Below are positions 41,900-54,466 of a stretch of 59,758 nt of DNA, piece after piece. The notes beneath the pieces were generated by a model, which worked only from the letters and a program-made list of their open reading frames with translations, was not told where the DNA came from and searched no databases. This DNA is from Phoronis australis (lineage: Eukaryota > Animalia > Phoronida): contig NMRA01000431.1 of NCBI GenBank assembly GCA_002633005.1, forward strand, positions 1 to 59,758, written 5' to 3'. Positions within the stretch are counted from its first letter, which is position 1. Every line of letters starts with the position of its first letter. A program made the translations under genes and the position numbers.

Positions 41900-43060
41900 A
41901 TGAAAGCGCTCCGAGGAGCGACACTTGGCAAAATTAACAGAAGAGACGATGATGGAGATGATGACGAAGATGACGAATATGATGACGATGGTGGCCATGA
42001 TGAACAATACAACTAGTGGTAACATTCACAAGACGAACGGAGAGGCCAGAAATCAATAAATATAGGCTACAGTCTTGAGCGACATTTGGCGAAATTAACT
42101 GAAAAGACGACGACGGAGATGATGACGAAGATGACGAATATGATGACAATGGTGATGATGCTGAACAATATCATAAAATTCATATGATGCACTTAGATGT
42201 CATAAAACAGCAAGAAATAGGCTACAGTCTTGTTCAATAGAAGCTAAACCAACATCAATGCAGTAAGGGTGCTCAACAAAGGAACAGCGCTATCAGAAAA
42301 TCTCCAATAATTCGGAAAGTAGACTTCCTAGCGAAAAATGGAAAATATCATTTGAAAGCCCATTCAAAACTCTATCTAAATTGATGGTATCGCGGAATTC
42401 CGTAAATTTGTCAAAAAAACTGAAATTTTGCGTTTTTTTGAAATTCAAAGCCAAATAACTCGAAAACGGTAAGTCTGATAAAAAACCGTTACACGTCATT
42501 TGAAAGAGAATACCTCAAAGAAACCACATGCAAAAATTCACGTCTTCCCGTTTAAAATGGCACTCCAGCACGACTGAAAATGGGTCAACATGTGCCAGAT
42601 CAGCCATCTTGAAAGCAACTTCCGTTTTTTTGACTCTGTATAATAGCATGTCATAAGAAACTAATACCTGCAAAAATTCGAAGGAATTGGCCCTATAATG
42701 CGCCCTCTACAGGAGAAAATGTTTTTAGGCCAAAATCGAGGTGCGCATGCGCGATCGCCGATATTTCCGCCACGTTTAACCGGAAGTAAACAATTTCCGG
42801 TATACTTGTAGCACACTTCCGGGCCAACAACTGTGCCGATTCTCAGCCCTGTACATAAAACCTTTAAATGAAAACAATATGGCCGCCATATCCGCCATCT
42901 TGGATCCGATTATGACGAAAAACAATAGGCTTCCAGTACTTCCGAAACTACGCGTTATGTGTAAAGTTTGTGATGATTGGACGAAAATTGCGACCTGTAT
43001 TGTGCGAGCAAACAAAAAAATTAGTGACAGAGCAACATACTTGGCGAAATAAAGTAATAC
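41900..43060 (-). mobile_element. Probable Helentron-type repeat cluster, including a ~95-bp (GAT/GAC)-rich direct repeat
   Basis: Recurrent ACTTGGCGAAAT-like motif (41922, 42083, 43039); direct repeat ~41916-42010 / ~42077-42170. Confidence 0.4.
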
Positions 43061-46000
43061 TGGACCACAGTAAAACGAATCTTGACCTTAGAGCCAGTGT
43101 AGATGGCCAGCACAAGTTGTCTGTCTCAAGTGAATCATAGCTAAGCTGACCAGCAACTAGCTTTAGTTCACCGAGAATTTCGTATTTTCATACTTTTAGA
43201 TCTCACCTATAGCTACTTGAGGCAGCTCAATCTTAGCTACCGGTTAGTTAACTGATCCTAGGCCTATTCTTACTCTGTGTTTTTTGATTCACGGTTACTC
43301 AACTCTTGATGGGTGCATCCCCCGGGATTGTCCCCCACCTAGGACGGACGTGGGAGATTCGGTACAAATATGTTGGCATCAGGAGCACGGGGGCCGGGGG
43401 GAGGGGGGGGAGGTGGCAGAGTTGGTGGCGATGGGGGGAGTAGTTTGGCGAAGTCCAAATGGTTTGTGCACCCTGAATAATTTTTGCTTTCCTACGGGCC
43501 TGTACATATAACAGCAACATCCTCTGTTCCATCACATATCATTCACAAAAAGTCGCAGGCCAAATAATAGCTTGCCGTTTAATAACACCACTAAAAGTTC
43601 GAAACACAAGTTTCACTTTTAAATGTTTGGGTGTGCCCTTTAACATCATGCTGCAAACAAATTAGTTCCATTCAACTGTCTTAGTCAATGAGACAATCAG
43701 CTGGTTATGTATACGTAGCCAAATCCCAGACTTAATTCGTAGTGGGTTTCATGATTAAAAAACGGTGTGAGCCAAGAATGTTGTTGAAAATACACAATTA
43801 ACCGGATATTTACTAAAGACCGAATATATGATAAAGAGTTCCACAATTTTAGGCCTATACCTTTCGGGACAAACTACAATTTTCCAAAAAGCCATTTTGA
43901 CAACATTCCCAAAACAGAAGCTCTACATTATGAAATAAAACTAAAGTTATTTTAGTTTTAAAAGGGAGCATAAATCATCCCAAGCACTGAACTCTGCTTC
44001 TCAAAGTCCGAATCCTTACTACGTACCACATGCCTTAGTGTGTGACTGTGTTTAGACCGCGGCGGTGTGCCCCGCTGGTTGAACCGTAGCCGATACCACT
44101 TATAAACAGAATCTAATTTCCCTAAATCTGAAGAAAGCAACAAAATGCGAAGCACAGAAAGTGGCAGGGCCAACAATGAAAGTTAAGCACCAAGCTGAAT
44201 GAATGCTACTGTCAACGGCCGACAGAGGAGAGAACACTGGACTTCATTTTTTCGGGGTTAAACTTTGCCGATGAAAACAAATAATTGTCGTCCGCTTGCA
44301 GACGCATTTCAGTGGCACACCAATGCGCAAGATGATACAACTAGTTACCTTTTTGACTAATTTCTCAGCCAAAAATTGAGCTTCATCAGGTTTTGAAAAG
44401 CACGGAAAATATATGCCAATATGGCGAAGGTCGAACAGTCCAAAAGGAAAGCGAGCGGCAAACAGTTCCCAGTACATGACTCCGTCTTGCTTCGCAGGGG
44501 GCCTTCGCCATTGAAAAATAGCCACAAATCTAAAACAATTGAAAGCGAAATTGGAGAAATTTTCCTCCAATTAGTCAATTAAAAAGCATTTTTGCAAAAA
44601 TTATAAGCAAAATAAACACAAAAACAAACGTTATGTCCTTAAAAATATATTTTAGTTTGTTATTGGATCTTAATTACTTTGTAATCAAGAGTAGCTAAAA
44701 GAAAACTATAAATGAAGTATATTTTGTTTTAAAAATAAAATTAAAAAGTTATATACAGTTGCTCTATTTTCTGATTCAAAGTATCCATTTATATCTATGT
44801 ATAACGCTAATTTTCATTTCTTTATACTTTTTATTTTGAATAGTCTTTTTTATCAAAATTATGTAAGCTCGCACATTGCATTTTCGTGTACCCAACGGAG
44901 TTTGGTTTCTAGGCTATTTGACGAAAACAGCCGAAGAATTTAATTTTCGAATCAACCTCCAGATGTCCTTTTAGTAGAGCCAAAGACGATGGGTCTCTGA
45001 GGTACACTCTGTCTATTAGTCTTTCGTAGAACCCGAAGGAAAGTCTTCTTCGCCAGAAAGCTTAGATCTAAACTTTTTGTTTTCACCTTCAACGTTTGCC
45101 TTGGCAGCCATTTTGATTTTCGTGGAAATTTTCATTCGTTGAAATGTTTAGTACATCAATGAATGACGTGCTTGCACTCTTGTAATCACTGTTTAGGTTA
45201 TTTACTGGCACCTCTTATTTTGATGAGTTTTAACTATATCGTTCCAGTTTGAATATATTACAAAAAATAAACGATAAATCATTGTGCTGTTCCTCAAAAA
45301 GCTCAAAATCTCCCATTGGTTTTGGTAATTTCATTGGCCCTCCTTCGAGAGTCCGGGACCCCAAAATATGATTCGATGTCACTGACTGCAAGACAGGAAA
45401 TGAGAGGACTCCTCTCTCACGGACTTCATTAATTTCAAAACACGGGAAACAAGTGTTTTTCCAATTAACAGTTGTTTCCGTTAGCTCTTTTCTTTGCATC
45501 ATTTTATATTGTTGAACTTACAAAATGTGAAGACAATGAATTTGCTTTGCCAAAGTCTATTATACCTTTCATGTTTTCTTGAACTTTTTGGAAAACTTGT
45601 TGTTAAATTTCGGCTGTAGAAAATTCAAGATAGAAATCGTGTTTTTTTTTTTGCATCCAACGTACGGGGCAACCCCAAAGAATCTGGCACTGGTACTTGA
45701 CAACATGTTTCGCTTCAACTTTAGATAGCTTTGTTCCAACGGAAAGTAAAAATATATGGACAAATATTTGATATTTAAATGTTATCATTTGAATTATTTT
45801 ATGATATATAATTATTACATTCCAATTTAAATGTTTTCGTGAAAATGAAATTTTATGTTTAACTCGGAATGTAAATGACAAAACAACTATACCGTACTTA
45901 CAGATATGTCATGTCCGACTATGACGGTTACACCCAGCCGTCATAACGTTACTCATTACGAGCACTAGCACTGCATTTCAAATATGATACCCTGGATTGT

Positions 46001-47460
46001 TCAGTGACGTTAGTGTATGATGAAATGTTCACAACAAGGAAAGTGAAAATTTTCAAGAACTGAAGGTACATCTTGAATAAATAATTTGTAGTTTCACTTC
46101 TTTCGTTTTGCAAGAGGTCAGTGGAGAACTTTTGAAGTAATCAAATTTCACCAGTTGTTGCTAAAAAGCGATATGTACCATTTGCGCCGCATAATATGAG
46201 GCTCGTATAGTTTTCAAAACCTTGGAAAATTTCCCTAGAACAAAAAAACAATCAAGATACAAAAACCTGAAAGATATTACTTGAAATTTATTTTGAAATC
46301 CTGTTACTAAGGTAATTATGTGGAGAGTTGGTCTATACAGTACGCGTTTTTAGCTCCGTTGAAGTCCTTTTACTACCATACTGCTCACTATGTGCAAGAC
46401 CACTGAATACATAATATATTACGGCGACATAAAAAGCGAAACGTGCATAAAAAACTAAAATGTAAATCTTTTAGATTTGTTGAAAACTGTTTCTAGTTGC
46501 TAAAAGCACTAAAGCACCGCAAAATTGGGTGTCACAAGCGGACCTGAACATGGATCAAAGATTGAGAATGAGAACCTTTAAAAGAGACTGCACGTTATGC
46601 GTCAATCATTGGAAGTGTGATAGCAGGTATGGAGATGAAGATCGCATTCAAACGGGGCAGGTCTACAGTCGGCATCGCAGACACAACTGTTTTTTTCTGA
46701 TGAAATAGGAGTTCACGAGATACAAAAGATATGGCAGTAGGTTGTCTGGAAGCATCTGGAAACGGTAGGATAAAATATGTAAAGGCAGTTGTCATGTTGT
46801 GTTAACGGGCAACAAAATCCTCCCAAAACTAAGATAGTCTACAGAGTACTGCTGGAGACTACTGACACGCTATCGAACAGACCATGTATACCACTCAATC
46901 ATAACGCGCAGACTCAAATATTGTCTTCTTGTTACAAAATAGGAAATCCCTGTGCAATACAGAATTTGAGGAGTGCAACTTAATTAGTGTTAATTTATTA
47001 CTGTAATGCATTCCAAGATTTCCGGAATAGTGAATTTCAATATTTTGTGACATCAGATCGACATGGATCAGGCCAATAATCCGAAGGTTCATCGTGGCAA
47101 GAGTACATGCGAAGGTCTGAAATCGCAGATGATCATGTGGTCGAAAGGTTCATTAGTCTAAAAACTTCAACTAAAGCTGTTTTGGCCTGGACTTTTATGA
47201 CTAAAATGTCGGGCATTCATAACCAAATGTTTGTTTCTTGTAATGTTTATTGCTTGTTGTAGTGGTTCGGTCGTGTCTCTATAAAGAGCTACTCGCATAC
47301 TATTCACCATTTGAGAATCCAGCAACCGTAATTTATTAAGACGCTACTAATAGGTGATTGGAAAAAAATAACTAAAGCGTAACTCATTTAGATTTGTGAA
47401 AACATCATTTTATTAACGCGGTATTTTACGAAGCCTTTTCATTGAAAACAGAGCACATGA

Positions 47461-47528
47461 CATGGGCGGCGCAGCGCCGAAAAAAGGGGGGCTATAGCCC
47501 CCCATCTCCCTATGGTGCGCCGCCCATG
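47461..47528. mobile_element. 68-bp mini-MITE with 5-bp TSD
   Basis: CATGA|CATGGGCGGCGCA ... TGCGCCGCCCATG|CATGA. Confidence 0.7.
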
Positions 47529-48046
47529 CATGAAATTGAGCGACACAAACGATCTGAACACGAATCAAACAATGAGTTTAGAATTCTGACAGTTAACGCG
47601 TACGAGTTTTACACATTAACGTGTGCAGGTTTGGCTCGCTAACGTTCGTAACGGATTCATGTGCTGCAAAGATGAATGTTTGCATAACGATGAAAGGCGA
47701 CCAGGGCTGGTGGGTCAAACGGGTTGATTTTTAGACTTATATACATTCGTACTTAACATGTTGGCTTACTTAATAAACGGTATTTAGTTAGAACTGTATT
47801 TTTATCGGAGGCTGATTTGATTACTGATAGTGTCAGAAGGTAATACCTTCCTGTTACAGGGTGTATAAGAAACACACACAAAAAACATTACGGGTTTTCC
47901 CGTTGCTCCCAACTTGTTCGATTCTACTGCCTAACAACAAGTTGGGAAGTTTACCCATGTAACCAATATCTTACACGTCTGATTAACTACATTCTGGCAT
48001 TTAGGGTTGGAGGGACGACTCTCTTTTGTTTGATAATTGCTCTACT

Positions 48047-48204
48047 CAGGGGCGGATCCAGGATTTTGAGTTGGGGGGTGCGATGGCAGAGTATTATCCA
48101 GGATTTTGCCCGTCAGACATTCGCACCCCGAACTGCCAAATGGAGAATGCAGAATTTTAGGGTGGGGGCATGGCCCCCTTGGCCCCCCTTTAAATCCGCC
48201 ACTG
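48047..48204. mobile_element. 158-bp MITE with 5-bp TSD
   Basis: CTACT|CAGGGGCGGAT ... ATCCGCCACTG|CTACT. Confidence 0.75.
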
Positions 48205-49109
48205 CTACTCATCAGATCGTATCTAGCCCGGCTGACTGGGCTGTGCTGCTAAAAATGAAAGTTAAGTTATAACATATTTGAATATAAACCAGGAGCATTT
48301 TTGAATCCTTAATTGTCAAATGCTGGTCATGTTTAGTTTTTGAATCACCAAAATCGCCCAACTACAACAGAAGTTAAGACAATCCATTCTGCCAGGTTTC
48401 AGTAATCCTTTGAAGTGGGACATGCGCAATCGTAAATGGATTCGGTTGCAACTCCGCTATTGGCCTCAGTGCTTGTTGTCACACGGGACAAACGACTGTG
48501 CTGGGCAGTTAACAAAGGAGCCAGATGTTATCGCACGTTCAGAACCCATTACATGTGGAAAAGTTCTGTGCTGAACTACAAAAACGCTGTTATGAACTGT
48601 ACTGAATACTACTAAACAATGGCTTTATTTTTGAGAAAAGCATGCGCAACACGCCCCTACTGTATCACTGCTTTCTACTGTCCAATAATGAGTAAGTGTA
48701 CTTTTCGGTTTGAGTTCTTGTTACCCACGCCGCAGAAAAACGGACTGGAAGAACCGAATATGCCGTATTCGGATCCAGGTTCTTCCTATTGTCAACCACA
48801 GAAATTTATGAAATTTCCACCAGCTTTTAGCGCAACTAGTTGTACGATTGAGACTTCCTTCAAGAGACGTTATCGGTTTTGACTACTGTTAGATGGGATA
48901 GAATTATTGAAGGATTTCACCAACAGAGCTAAAACAGAACAACAAAATCCGTCATGTGTTTGTGATTTTATTACAAATTACTAGTTCTCGTCATACTGTG
49001 CTAGACATTCTCTAAAATCAAGGTTTGTGTCTTTACCATTTCATTACGCTTAAAATACTTTCCTATATAACGTGTGGGATTTGACTCAGCCGGCGGCCGC
49101 CAATGTTCG

Positions 49110-50586
49110 ACCATACCTTATTTTTGCACTATTTATAAATGATTTAGCAAAGGAATTAAAACAGTCAAATTTAGGAATTCCTATCGGTGCTGATAATGTT
49201 TCATCTTTGTTTTATGCTGATGATATAGTGGTACTTGCTGAGAGCGATGAAAATTTACAGAGTTTATTGAATATAGTTGATAAATGGTGCTCTAAATGGA
49301 GGCTAATTGTCAATCAGGAAAAAAACTAATATTACTCACTTCAGATCCAAGCATGTCTCTCGTAGTTTATATCCATTTCGGTTGGGTCGACTAGACCTAG
49401 AATATGTACCCAAATATAAATATTTAGGAATAATTTTAAATGAAGTTTTCTGAAACTGCTAAAACTCTATCCGAATCTGCCGGAAGAGCTTTGGGCGCTT
49501 TAATTAATAAATTTAAAAAGAATAAAAATATGAGGTACAGAACGTTCACTACATTATTCAATGCTTGTGTTGTGCCTGTTAGAGATTATTGTGTAGGTGT
49601 CTGGGGCGGCTCTAGTCTACAAGATTATGATGTCATTCAGAATAGAGCAGCGCGATTTTTCTTGGGCGTTCACAAATTCGCTCCTAATCATGCTGTTATG
49701 GGTGACATGTGGTGGAAATTCCCTAGTGTTAGGCGGAAAATTGAGCTTTTGAGAATGTGGAATAGTATTATTAATTTCGAGGATGATAGACTAACATATC
49801 GAATATTTTGGTGGGACTACACTACTTGTACTAATAATTGGTCTTCTGAAGTTTGAACATTTTTGAAGAATTAGGGATTTCGGATTGTTTTCATAACTTA
49901 GGCGTTCAGTTAATCTGTCTCACTGTGAGAATATTTTGCATGATTTGGCCTGTAATAGGTGGTTGACTGAAATCCGTTCGAAACCAAAGTTAAGAACCTA
50001 TGTTTTGATGAAGAATGTCTTTGAAGTTGAGGCTTACGTGCTTTTAGACTTAACTCGGCTTAGTAGGTCAATTCTTGCTCAAATTAGAACCGGAACCCTA
50101 CAGCTACTGGTTGAGGTTGGGCGTTTTCGTTCTTTAGAATTTGATGACAGAATCTACTGTCTTTGTCTCACTGGTCAGGTCGAAACTGAACTACATTTTC
50201 ATTTCGAGTGTTCGTTTTTCTTAGATGCCAGAAATACCTTTGACTGTCAAGTTGAGATTAAATATCCACGATTCCGTGCAGAAAGCTGTGAAAGTAAATT
50301 AATTACAATCATGCAAAAATATTAGAAAACTTCATTTTTCTTAAAAATATTTTTGAAGTAAGGAAAAATTATATTTATTTATGATCACTTTTATCTCGGC
50401 CTTCTCTTTCTGGTCCTCTTGCAACGCGTGTACACTTGTCTTTTCTTTTTTGTATCATGAATCTAAAGTGACTTATAAACCCCGTGGAAGGCTGGGTGTT
50501 CCTAGTCTTTGTAACGTATTCATTGTTTAAATTCACTTGAACACATGTCACTATAATAAAAAATTACTTAGTACTTACTTACTTAT
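49110..50586 (+). mobile_element. 5'-truncated, frameshifted non-LTR retrotransposon (LINE); C-terminus resembles RTE-X type, clade uncertain
   Basis: LFINDL...LFYADDIVVLA...W..KWRL.VN.EK, YKYLG-like segment, KPKLRTY...R..LAQ.R.G...L.VE.GRF...C..C...ETELHF.FEC; AATAAA followed by a (TACT)n tail at ~50555-50586; several frameshifts. Confidence 0.92.
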
Positions 50587-51503
50587 CTATGTCCAAACTC
50601 GACTCCTTAGTGCAGGTGTCCAGCACAGAACTCAGATACCCCACGGAAGATGGCGCTCTTTGTTTATCGTGACTTTTAGCTTGCATCCCCGTATATTCTT
50701 GCTAGACAGAGGACGCAAGGTAACTTTTTAGAGCCATAATTCGCTATACTATTTTTATGATTCTTACTAACCTGCTTTGCAAAATAGTAGTAATGAGCTA
50801 TCACATTTATGTTGGCTAAGAACTTTAGAAACGTTTAGCCCAAAAACCGACTTGGTCTTTCGCTCAAACGAGTTGGATTCCCTAATTCCCCCAACCCAAG
50901 TCGAATTTCGAGCATGGAAATTGTAGGCCCTATTTGTATTTGCTGCACTGGACACAGAATTGTTTGTCACCCCATTTGTATAATGATTTCGTTGTTAGAG
51001 CAGTTAAAGGGTTTCATAAATTGGTATCCTAGTGATTTACCAAATATCTTTTCAACTATTAGCATTAGAAATACAATTCTTTGACTTGGCGCTCGGTGGA
51101 AAAAGTGTCATGGCGGTTAAGGACAAGGTCAGCAACGAACTATTCACATCAGGGCTTGGAATTTACCTCTTTTAAGAGGTTTTCCTCTGTAAGAGGATAT
51201 CCTCTTTTTGGTTTCGATTTCCTCTTTGTTCTGTCTCTTTTTTATCACTATTTTGACTTGATTCATGCAAAAACGTTTATTTCTTTTGAATTACACAACA
51301 AAAAATATTTCTTTCACACAATATATAGGCACTAGTCATTGGAACGTTTTTGTTATTAATACGTCTGCTCTCGTCATCACCTTCGTCCTCTCTCTCTCAC
51401 GATCGTATCTGTCATCGTCATGTTAACGTCGTCCATGTTGACTGATGAAAAAGGAACAGCGTGTGTTGTAGCAAATTGCTAATAGATAGCGCTAGATATA
51501 GTA

Positions 51504-54466
51504 TAGGGACGTGACAAAGTCTTGTCTAAACGCTGATTGGCTTTTCCCAAATATTGCGTAATGGCGATTATCGATAAGACAGCCATTGTCTCACGGTGGC
51601 TATAGTATTTCAGCTCTCTCTCCTCCAGAAACCAAGAAAACAGGGAACCACATTATTGATGACGTAGACCGTAAATTCTTCTGGGCATACGTCATTTTCT
51701 TTGTTGAATTTTCATTCTTGTCAAAGCATGTCACTGGTGAGAAGTTGGGGGAATTTTTTGCTCCTGTTTGACTGCTTGTATTTTGAAAGGTAAGTTATTT
51801 TCTCTTATGAAATGTGTTCTTTATTCTTATTTTATATCTTTTGCAACTGCTCACCAAATTTCAATTCAATCAAATCACCGTATCATGGTCTGCTAACTCC
51901 GTAAAAATTAAGACCCGAGGCAGGCATTCTCGCCAACCAGCCATAACGGACCAGTGTATCGGCATTGCCGTTTATGGTTAACAATTGCTCTTAAATTAGG
52001 TAGATTGACTAGTTTATGTAAATTAATAGCAGAATTGATCAATTTGGATGAAGTTCCATACATTTTCATGTGTAGTTTTTGTATATCAATGACTTTGTAA
52101 GGTGTAGTATAGGTAATCTTGGTCCGGCGAATTTTGGTCACGTGATCAAATCCCAGAGATTTGATTGGCTCAAAACCTGAATTCTTTGATTATGTTGAAG
52201 TGTGATTTTGGCTAGATTTTCTTCACAATATTGCCATGATTTACTGTTTTTTATGAAATAAAACCACAGTTTGTCAACTCCATATGACAGTAGTGTTTTT
52301 GTTGATTTTTTCATTGAATAACATATAATGATTTTCTAATCAAACAGGTTAAAAAATTTTTTCAGTTTGGGACAAGAATAGCTTGCTGATATTGTTGTTC
52401 TTTCAAAAGTTAAGTTGGTGCCTGGAAAATCATTGAGTAGGTACATCGATTCTTTTACCTTCTTGAGGTATTTGACAAAATATAATTCCACTGGCCTGAC
52501 ATGATATTGTGTCCACAACTGGAGAATTTACATTTGTAGTTTTCAAGTTCTTGAAGTACACTTATTAAGGAAAGGAACTGTTCAATTTTTTGAAAAATGA
52601 TAAATCAATGCCTCATAAAAATCAGTGTAAAAAATTCAAACTTTAGTTTTAGGGTTCGTAGTGAGTGTTTAATAGTAATTACAGGACAAGGCAGTCTGAA
52701 TCATTTGGTGTACAACAAATATATTATGACACTGTACATTGGTATGTTAATTTTCTTACATGTCTTTTTTATAATTTCAGAATGCCTCCAAAAAAGTTGT
52801 CAGCTCTATCTCAATCTGGCAAAGCGAGACAGTTCCTGCAAGAGAACTTCAATTCTGTTCCCAGTGAAAACATGAAAAATGGATATGCCCTCTATGTGTT
52901 CTTACAGTGCAACAAATCACTGACTAAGATAGTGTCAACTTTAAAGCGTGAACTTATTGGTAATTGGAAAATGACTAGAAGCAATATATCAACTCGCTGG
53001 TGAATAGGTCACTAAAGAGTATCAATCAGTTTCAAATGAAAGAAGAATGTCCCAGTTTAAAGTGTGCGAAGAGTTGTTTCCTCTCGTTCCTGAACCCAGT
53101 GAAGAACCTGTGTCTTGCGCGGTTGCTGACCCTCACCATGAACCTGTATTTCCTGAGCTGACAACCAGAGCTTGAAGGTGTCCCTTCAGTTGAATCAGAG
53201 CCATCCACCTCAACACCATCCTCTAAGCGAGAAGCCCTAACACCTAGGAAACAAAAACTAAAGAGACGGCTACAGTATGTTTCGATGGAAAAGAAAACCA
53301 TTCATGATCTCAAGTCTTCACTGAAGTCTGCAAAAGCATGTCAGATCAAACATTTGATACAGCAGATAAAGCGCCAGAAAATTACCACTGAACAAAAGAA
53401 AAAAGGAATCGGTTTGTGTGCCCCCAAGGGCAACTTTTTTGTGTGTTTTCTTGTGTATCTTTAGAGTTCATTGATGGATTTTCATGAAACTTGGTAGTTA
53501 GGTTTCTATTAAGGAGACTAGTGCATTTGCTCCATCCGCATTGCACGCCCTAGTGGGATTAAAATAATGCCGATTCTTTGTATCTGTGCGATGCACTTAG
53601 TGTGCCTTTGTATTTGTTACAGATGGACTTCTGAACCTCTGGGTAGTCTTGTTGCCGGTCAAGCAAAAATTTGTTCTTAAAGTTGAACGAATCTCGTTTT
53701 GGTTTCATTTATCTTGTAAAATTGTATTACTACAACTACTTTTCTGTTATGGGTGGCAGCCATCTTGGCAGCCATTTTGTACAAAATAAACATGTATGCA
53801 TAACACAATTGTATGATATCCGTGCAGTTCATAAAAACACATTTAATATTCATTTATTACGTGTACATCATGGTTACATGGTTGCTGAATCAATCTCTTC
53901 TTGTGGTCGTTAATGCAGTAATGTTGGCAGCCATTTTGGCAACTATTGCGGAAATGTCGAAAATATTGCCTAAACATGTTTTTCTCCATTCTCTTCAAAA
54001 AAGCAATGAAAAGACCTATCATTTGGTATATCACACCATATAGTTTGTTAATGGTATATTACACCATATAGTTCATTAACGTAAAACAATAAGACGTTTT
54101 TGCAGTCATAATGGTGGCCATATTGTCCGCCATTTTGGAATTTGGAATTTTTTGTTTTCTTAAAAATGTTTCTCACCAAGTAAATGCTAGGATTGTCATA
54201 TCCTGAAATTTTCATGTTGTTATTAAAAGTATTGAGGAAGTTATTGTGAAAAAACTAATTTTGGGTCACATGAATGCGCATTTACTCCCATGTATTCAGA
54301 GGACTAAAAAAAAGGGCTAATTATCGCTCTTCAAAGGTTCATAAAAAGTCAACGGCTTAATGGATTTTGTTAATTTTTTTTTGTTTGACTCTGTTTTTGA
54401 TGTTTTATTAAATCAATGCATTTTTAAATATTAAATAAGAATTTGAAATTTTTTGTCACGTCCCTA
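51504..54466 (+). mobile_element. hAT-like non-autonomous DNA transposon with a decayed internal gene
   Basis: 15-bp TIR TAGGGACGTGACAAA / TTTGTCACGTCCCTA; perfect 8-bp TSD ATATAGTA. Confidence 0.9.
52782..53410 (+). pseudogene. Disrupted ORF inside the hAT-like element (probable N-terminus of an element-encoded protein)
   Basis: ttcag|aATG MPPKKLSALSQSGKARQFLQENF..., later ...STSTPSSKREALTPRKQKLKRRLQYVSMEKK...; upstream donor AG|gtaagt at 51790. Confidence 0.55.

Noticed and set aside
41819-42170. Acidic poly-Asp ORF
   Set aside because: GAT/GAC low-complexity direct repeat within repeat-derived DNA; no splice or homology support.
43308-43475. G-rich short MITE or G-quadruplex
   Set aside because: Only ~7 bp of inverted match and no TSD; too weak to call.
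44890-45112. Minus-strand ATG in strong context (MAAKANVEGENKKFRS...)
   Set aside because: Stops after ~31 codons and has no recognisable homology; possibly a transposon remnant.
46789-46983. THAP-like start (SCCVNG..N)
   Set aside because: Lacks the second Cys and the downstream W/C/H/F THAP residues; non-ATG start.
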